Shown here piece after piece: positions 50,836 to 63,133 of a stretch of DNA of 63,625 nucleotides. The stretch is from the NCBI GenBank assembly GCA_002104905.1, contig MCFE01000517.1, forward strand, positions 1 to 63,625. Reading direction: 5' to 3'. The stretch is from Basidiobolus meristosporus CBS 931.73. Its lineage: Eukaryota; Fungi; Basidiobolomycota. The notes under the pieces are model-generated. The model worked only from the letters and a program-made list of their open reading frames with translations, was not told the origin of the DNA and did no database searches. Numbering within the stretch: the stretch's first letter is position 1; each line of letters opens with the position of its first letter. The position numbers and the translations under genes are program-made.

Positions 50836-51561
50836 AGTACTACAAGGTGTTTTGAGGATATTCAGGAGGTACTTGTGGCAAAAGTGGTGGTAACCAAGGA
50901 CTAGATTGCAGGATGTATGTGCTCCCGGCAGTACAAGGTATATGGCAACTTTGCAAGTACCACACTAAAATCTGTAAGGTTGAGGTGATAAAAGTGTATC
51001 AATTGCAGTGGTTGTGCATATATGTAGAGGTTTGTATGTAGGAGGCAATAGTTTTTTTTTTATTCAAACTACATGTGGAATACACTGGGTAGTAGGGGGT
51101 AAGCAAGTAAACTGGGGTGATTCTACAATGAAATAGATGAATGGTGAATGCAAGGCAGCAATAGCAAATACCATTTGGTAAATTGGTATAGTTACATTAT
51201 GCAGCACTAGAGGTAGGTCTCCATACTGCTTTTATAATGCTAACAGAAGTCCACTTTAAGCCATGAAATTTTTACCATGTATAGGATTTGAAATACTTGG
51301 AGGTTAGGGCCACTTAAATGAGCATATGCTGCAATAAGACTGTCAGAATGAAATTGAAACCTGCTAAAGGACTGCCTGAACACCGTCAAGTTTACTTACT
51401 GATAGAGCAGTAGAATCAGCAAAGCACTGTCACAGTCCCATGATAAGATCAAAAGGGTGTCAATAATTCCAAGCTGTCAGCACCATCACAATTCCATTGT
51501 GGAATCTTTACAGCTGATTTGGACTGGATCCACCTGCAAGACCAAATTACTATTTATGGGG
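50836..51561 (+). mobile_element. Further CACTA left-end fragment, terminus at ~51561
   Basis: Direct repeat of ~50120-50835, ending ...gaccaaattactatttatgggg. Confidence 0.7.
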
Positions 51562-51589
51562 TAGTAATAATTAGACAAAAAATCTTCAA

Positions 51590-53620
51590 TATTGTAATGC
51601 CACAACAAATACAGACTGACTATTCATATCTGCACTAGATATGAGCACAAACAAGGATTCTGAGACTGAGTACATTGACACTGGAGCATCTCAACACTTT
51701 ATATGCCAAAAAGAACTTTTCCCCAAAATCAAGAGGTTCCAATGAAGATGGTTTCATAGGTGATGAAAGTACACCTGTTGCAGTTGGAGAAGGAACTAGC
51801 CAATTAAATGTCTCAAGTAGTGAAGGAAGCCACATGCACATCTTCAAGGAAGTATTTTAGACTTGTTCTGTTGGATAGTCCCAAATGATGCCATAGTGTG
51901 CCAGAGAGGCCAAGTGAAACTATACTTGGCCACAGAGTGTGAAACATAGCTCTGCATCTTCATACAAAGCAGCCCCTGTGTTTCACCTATGATGCAGCAG
52001 AAAATCCATTTCTTTATGTTTTTTTGTGGATTAATGTTGTACAAGATGTGTAAGGGCACAAAAGGATAGAAGATATGCATCTGGTACTCAATACCCATGG
52101 TACTCTGGATCCAGCTCATGTGGCTTGTAACATGTCACAAAAATACATGGCACTATCTTGGTCCACTGGAACTATCTGGCACTATAAGTGCTTTGTATTG
52201 ATCTTACTTTAGCGCTAATAATTAAATAAATTGCCAGATAGTTCCAGTGGACCAAGATAGTGCCATGTATTTTTGTGACATGTTATAAGCCACATGAGCT
52301 AGATTCAGAGTGCCATGAGTATTGAGTATCAGATACATATCTTCAATGCTTTTGTGCACTTACACATCCTGTACAACATTGACTTAAAAAAGGTCAAAAA
52401 TTGGATTTTCTTCAACACAATGGGTGAAACACAGGGGGTGCTTTGCATGAAGATGCAGAGCTATGCTGCACCCTCTGTGGCCAAGTATAGGCTCACTTGG
52501 CCTCCCTGGCACACAATGGCATCATTTGGCACTCATGGCTCAATGTAGCACTATCCAACAGAACAAGTCTTTTATGTAACAGAAATAGCCAAGTACACAC
52601 TATCTGTAAGCAAAGCCACAGGAGAAGGACTTAGATTTAGCTTTGACAATTCTGTATGCAAGATCACTGATCAAAATTGTGCCCATATTGCTTTGGGTAT
52701 CAGAGATCAGAGTTTATACAGGTTGAACTATATTCCATCATATCTGGAAGTTACTATATGTAACTTAAATGAAGAAACCCCAATGCTTTTGCATAGGAGA
52801 TTTGGACAGATTGATTTGTTTATTTGCTCACCTCATCAACAATCTGCTAATTTCCAGAGTAAAGCCTAATACCAATCTAATTTGGGGTACTGTAAGACAG
52901 CATATATGGGTAAAAAGCCAGAAACCATTTACAAGCTTTGATTTAACCAAAACTAGGAAAAATAAATCATATACACTCAGATCTGTGTAGGCCTATGCAA
53001 AACTTATCCTCAAGGGGGATGAAGTATTTCATCACTGTTGTTGATGATAATAGAAGATACCTGTGAGTCTACCTCAAAGAATGAATGAAAGAAGCACTGT
53101 CTTAGTTCATGGAATTAAACGCTATGCAGGGTAGAAAAACCAGTGAAAAAATCAAGAAAATATTCTATGACAATAGTGATGATTATACCTCAACACTCTT
53201 GGTCTGCTGCAGCAAAGTTCATAAGATAAAGCAGGAGATAACTATACCATGTTCATGATAGCAAAATGAAGTGGCAGAGTGTGCAAACATGTCAATAAAT
53301 GATATGGCAAGATATATGATCCATGATTGAAATTATCATATGATATATGGATTGAATAAGTTGCAACCGCTGTGTATCATAAGAAAAGATGTTATTGCAG
53401 AGGACATCACATTTCTACTCTATTTAAAGCATGATATGGATACAGATCAGGTGCAGAGCACCTAAGAATATTTGGCTGTAAAGCATATGCCAAGCAACTG
53501 CCTGAAACCTTTCCAAATGCAACCCAAAAGATGGAATATGCATACTTTTGGGCTGCTGCAATGAGAGTAGGCATATAGACTCTTCAATACTAAAGCAAAG
53601 ATTCTGATCAAATCCAGGAA
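51590..53620 (+). pseudogene. Old Copia-1 PR-IN remnant interrupted by the foldback element
   Basis: YIDTGASQH protease site. KEVFYVTEIAK is restored after removing 51860-52574. Confidence 0.85.
51860..52569. mobile_element. 710-bp foldback (palindromic) non-autonomous GACTTGTTC element
   Basis: TSD TTTTA (51855-51859, 52570-52574). Arms 51860-52181 and 52232-52569 are inverted repeats around a 50-bp spacer. Confidence 0.92.
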
Positions 53621-54701
53621 CTCAAAAGATTATCAAAATGGCTACAGTGAAATTTTGGAGCATTACTTGGTGAACCAAGAGGTTGCAGCACTTCTTCAAC
53701 AGCTGTGCTTCAGAAAACCCATTTGAATATTGCAAGGATTTATTGCAAAGACTGGCAGATGAGGTGCTAGACCTTGCAGTGCTGGCTGATACCAGGATGT
53801 ATTGGAACCAGTGAACAATCAATGGCATAAAGCTGTAGGGCTACCATCAAAGTCATGGAAAAATGGCATTATAGCAGAAATACTTATTGAATGGTGGATT
53901 TTGATGGAGTCACTTGTTGGGTGTGGGGTTGGGCCTAATGTCAGTGTTGAGAATATGGACTTGTGTAGGTCAGTACAATTGGCAAATGATGTACAACTGA
54001 AGTTTCAACCATAATAAACCACTCTCTGTGCATTAAAAGTAAGAAAATTGGTTGAGTCAGAAAGTAAGGAGTGCAAGAATGAGGTAATAGCCAATTAACA
54101 TAAACAAACATAGGAGGTGATTGAATGTCCAGGATCAGAAAGTGAGTGAATTGGCAGAGAGCTAATCAAAAGCCACTTATGTATGTTGTAAAAATTTGTA
54201 TTTTCCACCTAACTATTCACCTAACTTAGTCACTTAGATCATCACCTTCAAATCCTAGAGAATACTGACCAAATTCCTTGTCGGGATTTACTTAGAATAT
54301 TTTCACCAAAATACCAGGTACCCAGAACATGAAAATTCTCAAAGTTGTCCAAACAGCCCCAAACTTTGCACACATGTTCTTGGGACCTTCCTTAACCTAT
54401 TCTACGTGTTTGTAATGCCAAGACCATGTAAAAGTATAAAATACTACTTTTACATTCAATAAATCATTAAGTGAAAACCACATAATCTACTTGTTCTCCC
54501 AATTACTTCCAATATCTCCAAGACTCTTACAACAATGTATTGTTGTGATCAAAAATTTTGACCAAGTTTTTTGTGAAATCCAGGATGCAATTTTTTAATG
54601 CTCTTTGTACAGTGTCCTGATGGGATCAACACCTCTTAGTCATGGAACTTTAGTTTTGTGATGGCCTTTTGATGGGATCATTGCAATTACTTCTCATATG
54701 G
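53620..54701 (+). mobile_element. CACTA ORF2 tail and right terminus (54701), carrying a solo LTR
   Basis: Homologous to 48580-49294. Ends ttctcatatgg. Confidence 0.75.
54184..54534 (+). repeat. Copia-1 solo LTR (351 bp)
   Basis: Exact TSD ATGTA (54179-54183, 54535-54539). About 3 substitutions and 1 indel versus the young LTR at 62753. Confidence 0.97.
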
Positions 54702-55413
54702 TAAGGAGTTCAAGATGTCCAATCTAGGAGTACTTAGTCACTACTTACAAACTAAGTTCTCCATAGACAGTGCTACCCAGACTATCACCCTCAGCCAGTT
54801 CAAGTAAACTCAAGATATACTTAAGAAGTACCAAATAGAAAACTGTACCAGCCACCATCCCAGTGGAGATAAACCTTAACTTGGTCAAAACACAACTATA
54901 TCAAGAGAGCTTGGAGCTATTGGAAGGCCCAGAATTCCCTTACCAATCTATGGCTGGCAGTCAGATAGATATCATGCTTAGAGCATATTTAGATTCCTGA
55001 TATTCAGTGCAAGTTGTCAGCCACCATTATTAGTGTTGTAAAGTCTTGTTTGTGGTCACATTTAGTGTAGATATGAATAGTCTATCTTCAAATATTGCAG
55101 CATTTCTATATTCCGGCTTTTTCTGCTGACTATCTCTCTTTTTGAGTCACTGGTGTGATGTGTGTCCTTTCCTTTTGCAGCAGTTGCAAAACAGGCTGCT
55201 GTTGCCTTCAAATGGTCTTGGGTATCTCCTTTGTGGATTATCACTGCTTATTAAGGCAGTTTCTTCTTCCTTCTTATTGGCACTTGGTTTTCTTAATTCT
55301 TCATCCAGAATCCTTCCATATACATAATCTAAGGTCAAATCTTCAGTTCTGGACTCCAGGGCAGAAAAAAGGCCCTGGAACTCAACTGTCAGGCAACTCA
55401 GGAAGGTTACTAT
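54702..55413. pseudogene. Copia-1 fragments: RT (+, ~54702-55015) and gag (-, ~55020-55413)
   Basis: aaggagttcaagatgtcc... RT segment. ORF 55147-55437 ESRTEDLTLDYVYGR..CNCCKRKGH. Confidence 0.8.
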
Positions 55414-58400
55414 TATTGTAAAAATTTGTAATTCCACCTAAATATTCACCTAACTTAGCCACTTAGATCATTACCCTCAAATCCTAGAGAATACTGACCA
55501 AATTCCTTGTTAAGACTTACTTAAAATATTTTCACCAAAATACCAGGTACCAGAAGAAAGAACAAAGTGCCTTAAACCGCATTTGCCTTAATGTTAAGGA
55601 CAAACTGCTAATTCAAGGCTCAAGAGCAAAAACAGCAAAGAATGCCTGGAAGGCATTAGAAGACACCTACCAGTCATGTTCAGCTGCTAAGAAAATGTAT
55701 TGGTGACAAATTCTTTACTACAAAGATGTTGCTAGGAGAAGAAATGAAAAATCTAATTAACAAAATTACCCTGCTGATGGATGAAATGGCATCTGTGGGC
55801 ATACCAACTAGTGATGAGGATGTGATAGTTACAATCCTGAATAGCCTGACAGACAAGTCTCAGGGCCTTGTATCTGCCCTAGAGTCCAGAACTGAAGATT
55901 TGACCTTAAATTACATATATGGAAGGCTCCTGGATAAAGAATTAAGAATATTAAGCACCAATAAGAAGGAAGAAAATTCTTCCATAAGCTGTGATAACCT
56001 ACAAAGGAGATACTCAAGACCTTTTGAAGGCAATTGCAACCTGTCTGTAACTACTGCAAAAGAAAAGGACACACATCAGACTGGTGCTTCAAAAAGAGTG
56101 ATAGTCAGCAGAAAAAGCCTGACTATGGAAATGCTGTAATAACTGGAGATAGACTATTCATATCTGCACTAAATATGACCACAAACAAAGATTCCCAGAC
56201 ATGGTATTTTGACTCGGGAGCATCTCTACACTTGACATGCCAAAAAGAAATTTACCCATTTTCAAGAAATTCCAATCAAGAAGGTTTTCATGGGTGACAA
56301 CATAACACTTGATGCAGTGGGAGAAGGAACTATCCAAGTAAAAGTTAGAAGCAGTAAAGGAAGCCATACATTATCTGTTAAAGAAGTACTCTATGTACTA
56401 GAAATAGCCAAGAACCTACTAACTGTAAGCAAGGCCACAGCAGAAGGACTCAGTTTCAGCTTTGACAATTCTGGATGCTGGATTACTGATCACAATGGTG
56501 CTCCTATTGCTTTGGGTATCAGAGTTGAAAATCTATACAAGTTGACTTATATTCCATTATTTCTAGAAGCTAATATAAGTAACTTAATGAAGAAACCCCA
56601 ATGCTTTGGCACAAGAGATTTGGACACATCAATTTTGATTACTTGCACAAAAGGATCAAAGATCAGCAAATTTCTGGAGTAAAAGCTGATCCCCCAGCTA
56701 GGTTGGAGCACTGTGAAGCCTGTATATATGGGAAACAAGCCAGACAACCATTGAAAAGCTCTGGGTTAATCAGAACTAAGAAAAAATTAGATCTAATTCA
56801 CTCAGATCTGTGTGGACCTATGCAAAATTTATCCTTAGGTGGGATGAAGTATTTAATCACCTATACTGATGATTATACAAGAAACACATGGGTCTACTCC
56901 ACAGAGAGAAAGGAAGAAGCTCTGTCTAAGTTCAGGGAGTTCAAAGCTATGGTGGAGTGAGAAACTGGTGAAATAATCAAGAAAATATGCTCTGACAATG
57001 GTGAAGAATATGCCTCATGACTCTTCATCCACTTCTGCAAAATTCATGGGATAAAGCAAGAGACTACTGTACCATACTCCCTGCAGCAAAATGGAGTAGC
57101 AGAATTGGCTAACAGATCAATAACTGATATGGCAAGATTGATGATCCATGATCAATAATTATCCTATGATTTTTGGGCAGAATCAGTTGCTGCTGCTGTA
57201 TACCTTAAAAATAAGAGTTATAGCACAGTACTTTGTGACTCTACTCCATTTGAAGCATGTTATGGATGCAGAGCAAGTGCAGAACATCTGAGAATACTTG
57301 GGTGCACATCATATGCCAAGAAACTGCATGGAAATCAGTCAAAATTTGAGCCAAAAAGTGTAAAATGCATATTTTTGGACTGCTACAATCAGAGTAAGGC
57401 ATACAGACTCTACAATACCAAAGCAAAGAAGCTGATCAAGTTTAGGGACTAGTTGTATGATGTAGATTCAAACTTCTCACAAAAAATGACATCTGATGAT
57501 GACAAAAATTTGATCTCAAGTCCACCAATAGTCACAATTGAATCAGAGCAAAACAATGAAAACCTTTTCACTCCTGAGGACTCTACAACTGTGGTTCTGC
57601 CTGAAACAGTGCCCAGGAATATCACAGAAGTGAACATTCAAGTATCAAATGCCTGGAGATCCAATTGGACAAGAAATAGCCCAAATTACTATATCAATGA
57701 AGGTACAAACTTAGCCTATGCCTATTCAGTCCATATTGATGAGCCCCAGACTGTAAAAGCAGCTCTAAATAGCCCTCAGACAAAGTTTTGGAGATCTGTA
57801 ATTACTGTGGAATATCAGGCCCTGATGGAAAATCAAACTTGGGACTTAGTCAAATTACTAATCAACCAAAAACCAATTGGATGCAGATGGGTCTTCAAGA
57901 CAAAATACAAGGTTAATAGTACAGTTGAAAGATACAAAGCAAGACTTGTGGCCAAAGGATACTCTCAAACAAAAGGACTTGACTATACTGAGTCCTTTGT
58001 ACCAGTAGCCAAATTTAATTCCATCAGACTAATATAGGCTATGGCAGCCACATATAAGCTTTTTATTCATCAAATGGATGTAAACTGCATTTTTGAATGG
58101 AGAACTTGTTGAGGATGTGTCTATGGACCAGCCTGATGGGTTTGCTGACCAAGATAGCCCCCATTTGGTCTGTAAGTTTAAAAAGTCTCTATATGGTCTC
58201 AAACAATTACCAAGAGCTTGGAATTGCAAGATAGATTCTTATTTGGAATCTCTGAGATTCAAAAGGAGTAATGCAAGATAAATTCTTATTTGGGATTCTA
58301 GAGTTTCAATAGAAATAATGCTGACTATAGTAAATACTACAAGCCAGATAGAGCAAAATCCAGTTCTATTAGCTCTATATGTGGATGATCTAATTATAGC

Positions 58401-59715
58401 TGCCAATAACCTAGAAACATTGGAAGAGACTAAGTCCAGTCTATCTAAGGAGTTCAAGATGTCTGGTCTGGGAGAACTCAGTTACTACTTAGGCATTAAG
58501 TTCTCCATAGACAGAAATACCCAAATTATCACCCTAAGCCAGTCCAAGTATATTCAAGATATACTAAGGAAGTACCAAATGAAGACTGTAAACCCGCAGC
58601 TACCCCAATGAAGACAAACCTGAGTTGGTCAAAACTCAAACAAATCAAGAGTGCTTGATGCCATCTGAAAGCTCTGACTTTCCTTATCAATCTATGGTTG
58701 GCAGTCTGATGTATATCATGCTTGGAACACGTCCAGATATCTCATATTCAGTGGGAGCTGTCAGCCAACATAATCAGAACTATGGGTCTGTTCATATTGC
58801 AGCAGTTAGGTGTATTTTTAGATACCTAAAAGAAACTGCTGACATCTGCTGAAGATACACTTATAAGGATTCAGAACAGGATCTTATGTGATACTCTGAT
58901 GCTGATTGGGGACAAAACTTGGAAGACAGAAGATCCACCACAGAATACACCTTACTTTACTATCAAGGAGCAACTTCTTGGAATTTGAGAAAGCAACCAA
59001 CTGTAGCACTTTTTACCACAGAGGCAGAGTATATGGCAGCCTGTGAAGCTACAAAAGAAGCAATGTGATTAAGAAAGCTTTTTGCATATTTTGGCCTATG
59101 TCAAAATCATCTATTACTTTATTTCAAGATAATTAAGGCTGTATTCAATTAGGTGGAAATCCAACTTTTCATGCTAGAACTAAGCACATGGATATTAGAC
59201 ATTATTTCATACATGAAGCTATAGAGAATAACTTAGTTAGCTTAGTTTACTGTCCTTTAGATGAAATGATTGCAGACATATCTACTAAACCATTAGCTAC
59301 AGACAAGTTTGACTATCATAGGTCAAAATTAGGACTAGTCAGTATGAACATTTAGCTGAGTGGGAGTGTTATAGAAGTTTGTAGTTCCACCTAAGTATTC
59401 ACCTGACTTAGTCACTGAGATTATTACCTTCAAATCCTAGAAAATACTGACTAAATTCCTTATCAGGATTTACTTAGAATATTTTCACCAAAATACCAGG
59501 TACCCAGAACATGAAAATTCTCAAAGTTGTCCAAGCAGCCCCAAACTTTGCACACATGTTCTTGGGACCTTCCTTAACCTCTTCTATGTAGCTTTTATAC
59601 CAAAACCATGTAAAAGTATAAATACTACATTTGCATTCAATAAACTATTAAGTGAAAACCACATAGCCTACTTGTCCTCCCAATCACTTCCAATATCTCC
59701 AAGACTCTTACAACA
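55414..59715 (+). mobile_element. Decayed Copia-1 copy with a 5' deletion; 3' LTR at 59367-59715
   Basis: Partial 5' LTR fused to gag at ~55547. Fragmented gag, PR, IN, RT (LYVDDL at 58318-58611) and RH, then the PPT TGAGTGGGAG and the LTR. Confidence 0.9.
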
Positions 59716-59769
59716 ACTAAGTGGGGTGAATATTTAGGTGGAATTGCAAATTTTTACAACAATTAGAAC

Positions 59770-60750
59770 CATGGATCAATCATATTACAGCAGTTAGACA
59801 GATATTTAGATAACTAATAGGCAATGCTGATATCTGCTTGATGTACACTTATAAGGATTCAGTACAGGATCTTGTGGAATACTTGGATGCTGATTGGGGA
59901 CAAAACTTGGAAGACAGAAGACCCACAACAGGTTACATGTTTCTATACTGCAAAGGAGCAATTTCCTGGAGTTCAAGAAAGCAACCAACCATATCACTTT
60001 CTGCCACAGAAGCAGAGTATATGGCAGCATATGTCAGAGAGTGCCTATTACGTTATTTCAAGAGAATCAAGGATATATACAATTAGGTAGAAATCCAGCT
60101 TTTTGTGCTAAAACTAAATACATAAATATTAGACATTGTTGCATATGTGAGGCTATAGAGAATGAATTGGCTAGTTTAGCTTACCGCCCTACAAACAAAA
60201 TGATTCCAGATATATTTACCAAACATTTAGCTGGAGACATACTTGAAAATCCTAGGCTTGACCTAGGACTAGTCAGTATAAACATTTAGCTAAGTGGGAG
60301 TGATGTGACAGCTTGTAACTCCATCTAAATACTGGTCTAACTCAGTTACCTGGATCATTGCCTACAATTCTTAGAGAATACTAACTAAATCCCTTGTTTG
60401 GATTTACTTTAAGCTTATACTTGCACCTAAATTTTCACCTAACTTTGTCACTTGGTTCATTGCCTATAGAACTTGGAGAATTCTGAGCAAATTTGTTGTT
60501 GGGATCTACCTGGAATATCTCCACCTAAATATCAGATACCCAGAACATGAAATTTCTCATAGTTGTCCAAGCAGCCCCAAACCTTGTACACATGTTCTTG
60601 GGACCCTCCTAAACATACTTCACATGCTTGTTCTGCAAAGGCCATGTAATAGTACAAGTACAATCTTTGTATTTGATAACTCATAAAGGGAAAGCCATGT
60701 AATCTACTTGCACTCCCAATCACTTCCAATATCCCCAAGACTCTTACAAC
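59770..60750 (+). mobile_element. Old Copia-1 RNase H, PPT and degenerate composite LTR
   Basis: DADWGQNLEDRRPTTGY (59838-60086), aagtgggag PPT, and LTR-like sequence ending ctcttacaaca at 60750. Confidence 0.75.
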
Positions 60751-60754
60751 ATCA

Positions 60755-61291
60755 TGATGGCCCCATGGTGGGATCTTGACAGCTGATCTGGATTGGATTG
60801 ACTTGCAGGACCAGGTTATTTTTCATTGGTTAGTGAGTGGTGGACTTAAATGCAGCTATTTGATGATTGTGGGGTTGGGCTCAATACCATTGATGGGTAC
60901 AGGGACTTGTAAGGTTCAGTACAATCTACAACTGAGTTACATCTGAGGATTCAATGGAAATCAAGCAATGAATATTTTTGAAACATAAGTACAATGGTTG
61001 AGCCAGTAAATCAGTAGTCCAAAAAAGAGGCAATGGCCAATTAAGGTACACAAATGTAGGAGATGATTGAGTGACTGGAATCAGAAAGTGCAAGAAATTG
61101 TCAAGAACCCATCAGTGGAAACATTGGAATGTTGAGATGTGAGATGTTGACTGAGCTGTTGGGAGGTCTGAGGCACCACTTGTTTCCAGTTGTTTTTGCA
61201 CAGTACCCTAATGGCAGTAATACCTCTTGGTCACAGAATCTTAATATTGTTAGACCTTTTGACAGGATCAATAAAATTATTTCTCATAGGG
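60755..61291 (+). mobile_element. CACTA terminal fragments (left-type end ~60829, right-type end 61291)
   Basis: ggaccaggttatttttcattgg and aaattatttctcataggg. Confidence 0.6.
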
Positions 61292-61309
61292 TCATTGATA
61301 TTTGACATC

Positions 61310-62752
61310 ATCCCAAAAGGGAAGCAATAGAAAATAGCTTGGCTAACTTAGTTTACTGCTCAACAGATGAAATGAATGAATATTAAGTAGAGTGGGAGTG
61401 TTACAGATCTTGTAATTGTGGTAATTCTGTAGGTACGCCTAAATATTGACCTAACTTAGTCATTTATATCATTACTTACAAATATCAAGGAATTCAGACC
61501 AAATTTCTTGTCAGGATATACTTACAATAGTTTCACCAAGATACCAGGTACCCAGAGCATGATATTTCTCAAAATTATCTAAACAGCACTAAGCTTTGCA
61601 CACATAGATTTGGGACCTTCCTGCATCTATTCCATGCAATTGTTTTGCTATGACTATGCAAAATATTGATACTACTTTAACTTACAACAATTCATTAAAT
61701 GAAAGCTGCATAATCTTGTTGTGCATCAACATTTAAAACTTAGCCTATTTTACTCTGTTAGAGAATCTAGTACCCTAACTGATTTTCCCTAACCCAAACA
61801 TAACCAATCCCAGTTGTGGTTTATTATATCACTTCTCAGAATCTATTTTTAGCTGTCAGACCTGATCAATTTTCATGTGGTCATTATGTCCTTTACTGAT
61901 CTGCTAAGCCTTTCCAAGTAATTAATTGTCTGAGATCTATCCAACTACTTAGCAGTTGCCAAGACATCAGCTGATTAATGATGCAATTTCTCATTTATCT
62001 GAAGCACCTATGAACACCCCAACAGATTTCAATTAGTCTAATCACTTGGTGCTTACTAATTCAACTTGATCAAAAAAATATATATAAAGTTTACTGAACC
62101 TTTTGGTTTAGTGTGTGTCTCAACAAAATTAAGATTGTGCCTCAGTGAAATTAAGAATTCAACAATTCTGCTCTAGTTTCTACCCAAGCCTAGCATATCT
62201 AGCACTCCCAAGAACACCAAGCCTAGCCTGCATAGCAAACTAACTCTGTTGCCTTTATAGCCCAACTCAACTATACACAAGACCAATATTAGATCAGAGC
62301 CTCTCTGCTAATATTTCTGTTACTCTTGCCAATTCTAAGATTCTTCACTTAGTTGCCACTTAGGTTCAGTTAACTCATTCAGGAGTTTATTACACTTTTC
62401 TCTTGGATACAACAAATCTACTTATTCTCCCAATCACTTCCAATATCTCCAAAACTCTTACAACTGAAGCTACAACAAGAAATTCACCTGATGTGATCAC
62501 CTGCATCAAAGTCTACAAATACTTGAGAATGCTGACCAAACTCCTTGTCTGGATTTACTTAAACTACTTTCTCCAAAGTAGCAGGTACCTGAAGTGTAAA
62601 ATAACTTGAAGTTACCCAAACTTTGCGCACATGTTCCTGGGATCTTTCTAAGCAAATTCTATATGCTTGTTGCGCCATGACTGTGCAAAAGTAATATATT
62701 ACTTTTGCACTCAATACATCATTAAGCAAAACCACATGGTCTACCCATTCTC
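61310..62752 (+). repeat. Stack of very old Copia-like LTR remnants and unassigned AT-rich sequence
   Basis: PPT plus LTR-like sequence at ~61380-61740 and ~62400-62752 (ctttgcgcacatgttcctggga). 61750-62400 is not confidently assigned. Confidence 0.55.
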
Positions 62753-63102
62753 TGTTGTAAAAATTCGTATTTTCCACCTAAATATTCACCTAACTTAGTC
62801 ACTTAGATCATCACCTTCAAATCCTAGAGAATACTGACCAAATTCCTTGTCGGGATTTACTTAGAATATTTTCACCAAAATACCAGGTACCCAGAACATG
62901 AAAATTCTCAAAGTTGTCCAAACAGCCCCAAACTTTGCACACATGTTCTTGGGACCTTCCTTAACCTATTCTACGTGTTTGTAATGCCAAGACCATGTAA
63001 AAGTATAAATACTACTTTTACATTCAATAAATCATTAAGTGAAAACCACATAATCTACTTGTTCTCCCAATCACTTCCAATATCTCCAAGACTCTTACAA
63101 CA
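62753..63102 (+). repeat. 5' LTR of a young Copia-1 copy (350 bp)
   Basis: TGTTGTAA...TTACAACA followed by the PBS GGTTATGAGCCCCGA. CpG sites are retained. Confidence 0.97.
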
Positions 63103-63133
63103 GGTTATGAGCCCCGAGCTGTCACTCTCTGCA

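Noticed and set aside
55409-59720. TSD ACTAT/ACTAA for the decayed Copia-1
   Set aside because: One mismatch, and the two flanks come from non-adjacent parts of another Copia (gag versus LTR), so the match may be coincidental.
61750-62400. Possible Gypsy LTR remnant or novel sequence
   Set aside because: Only short, weak similarities are visible and no boundaries can be set by eye.
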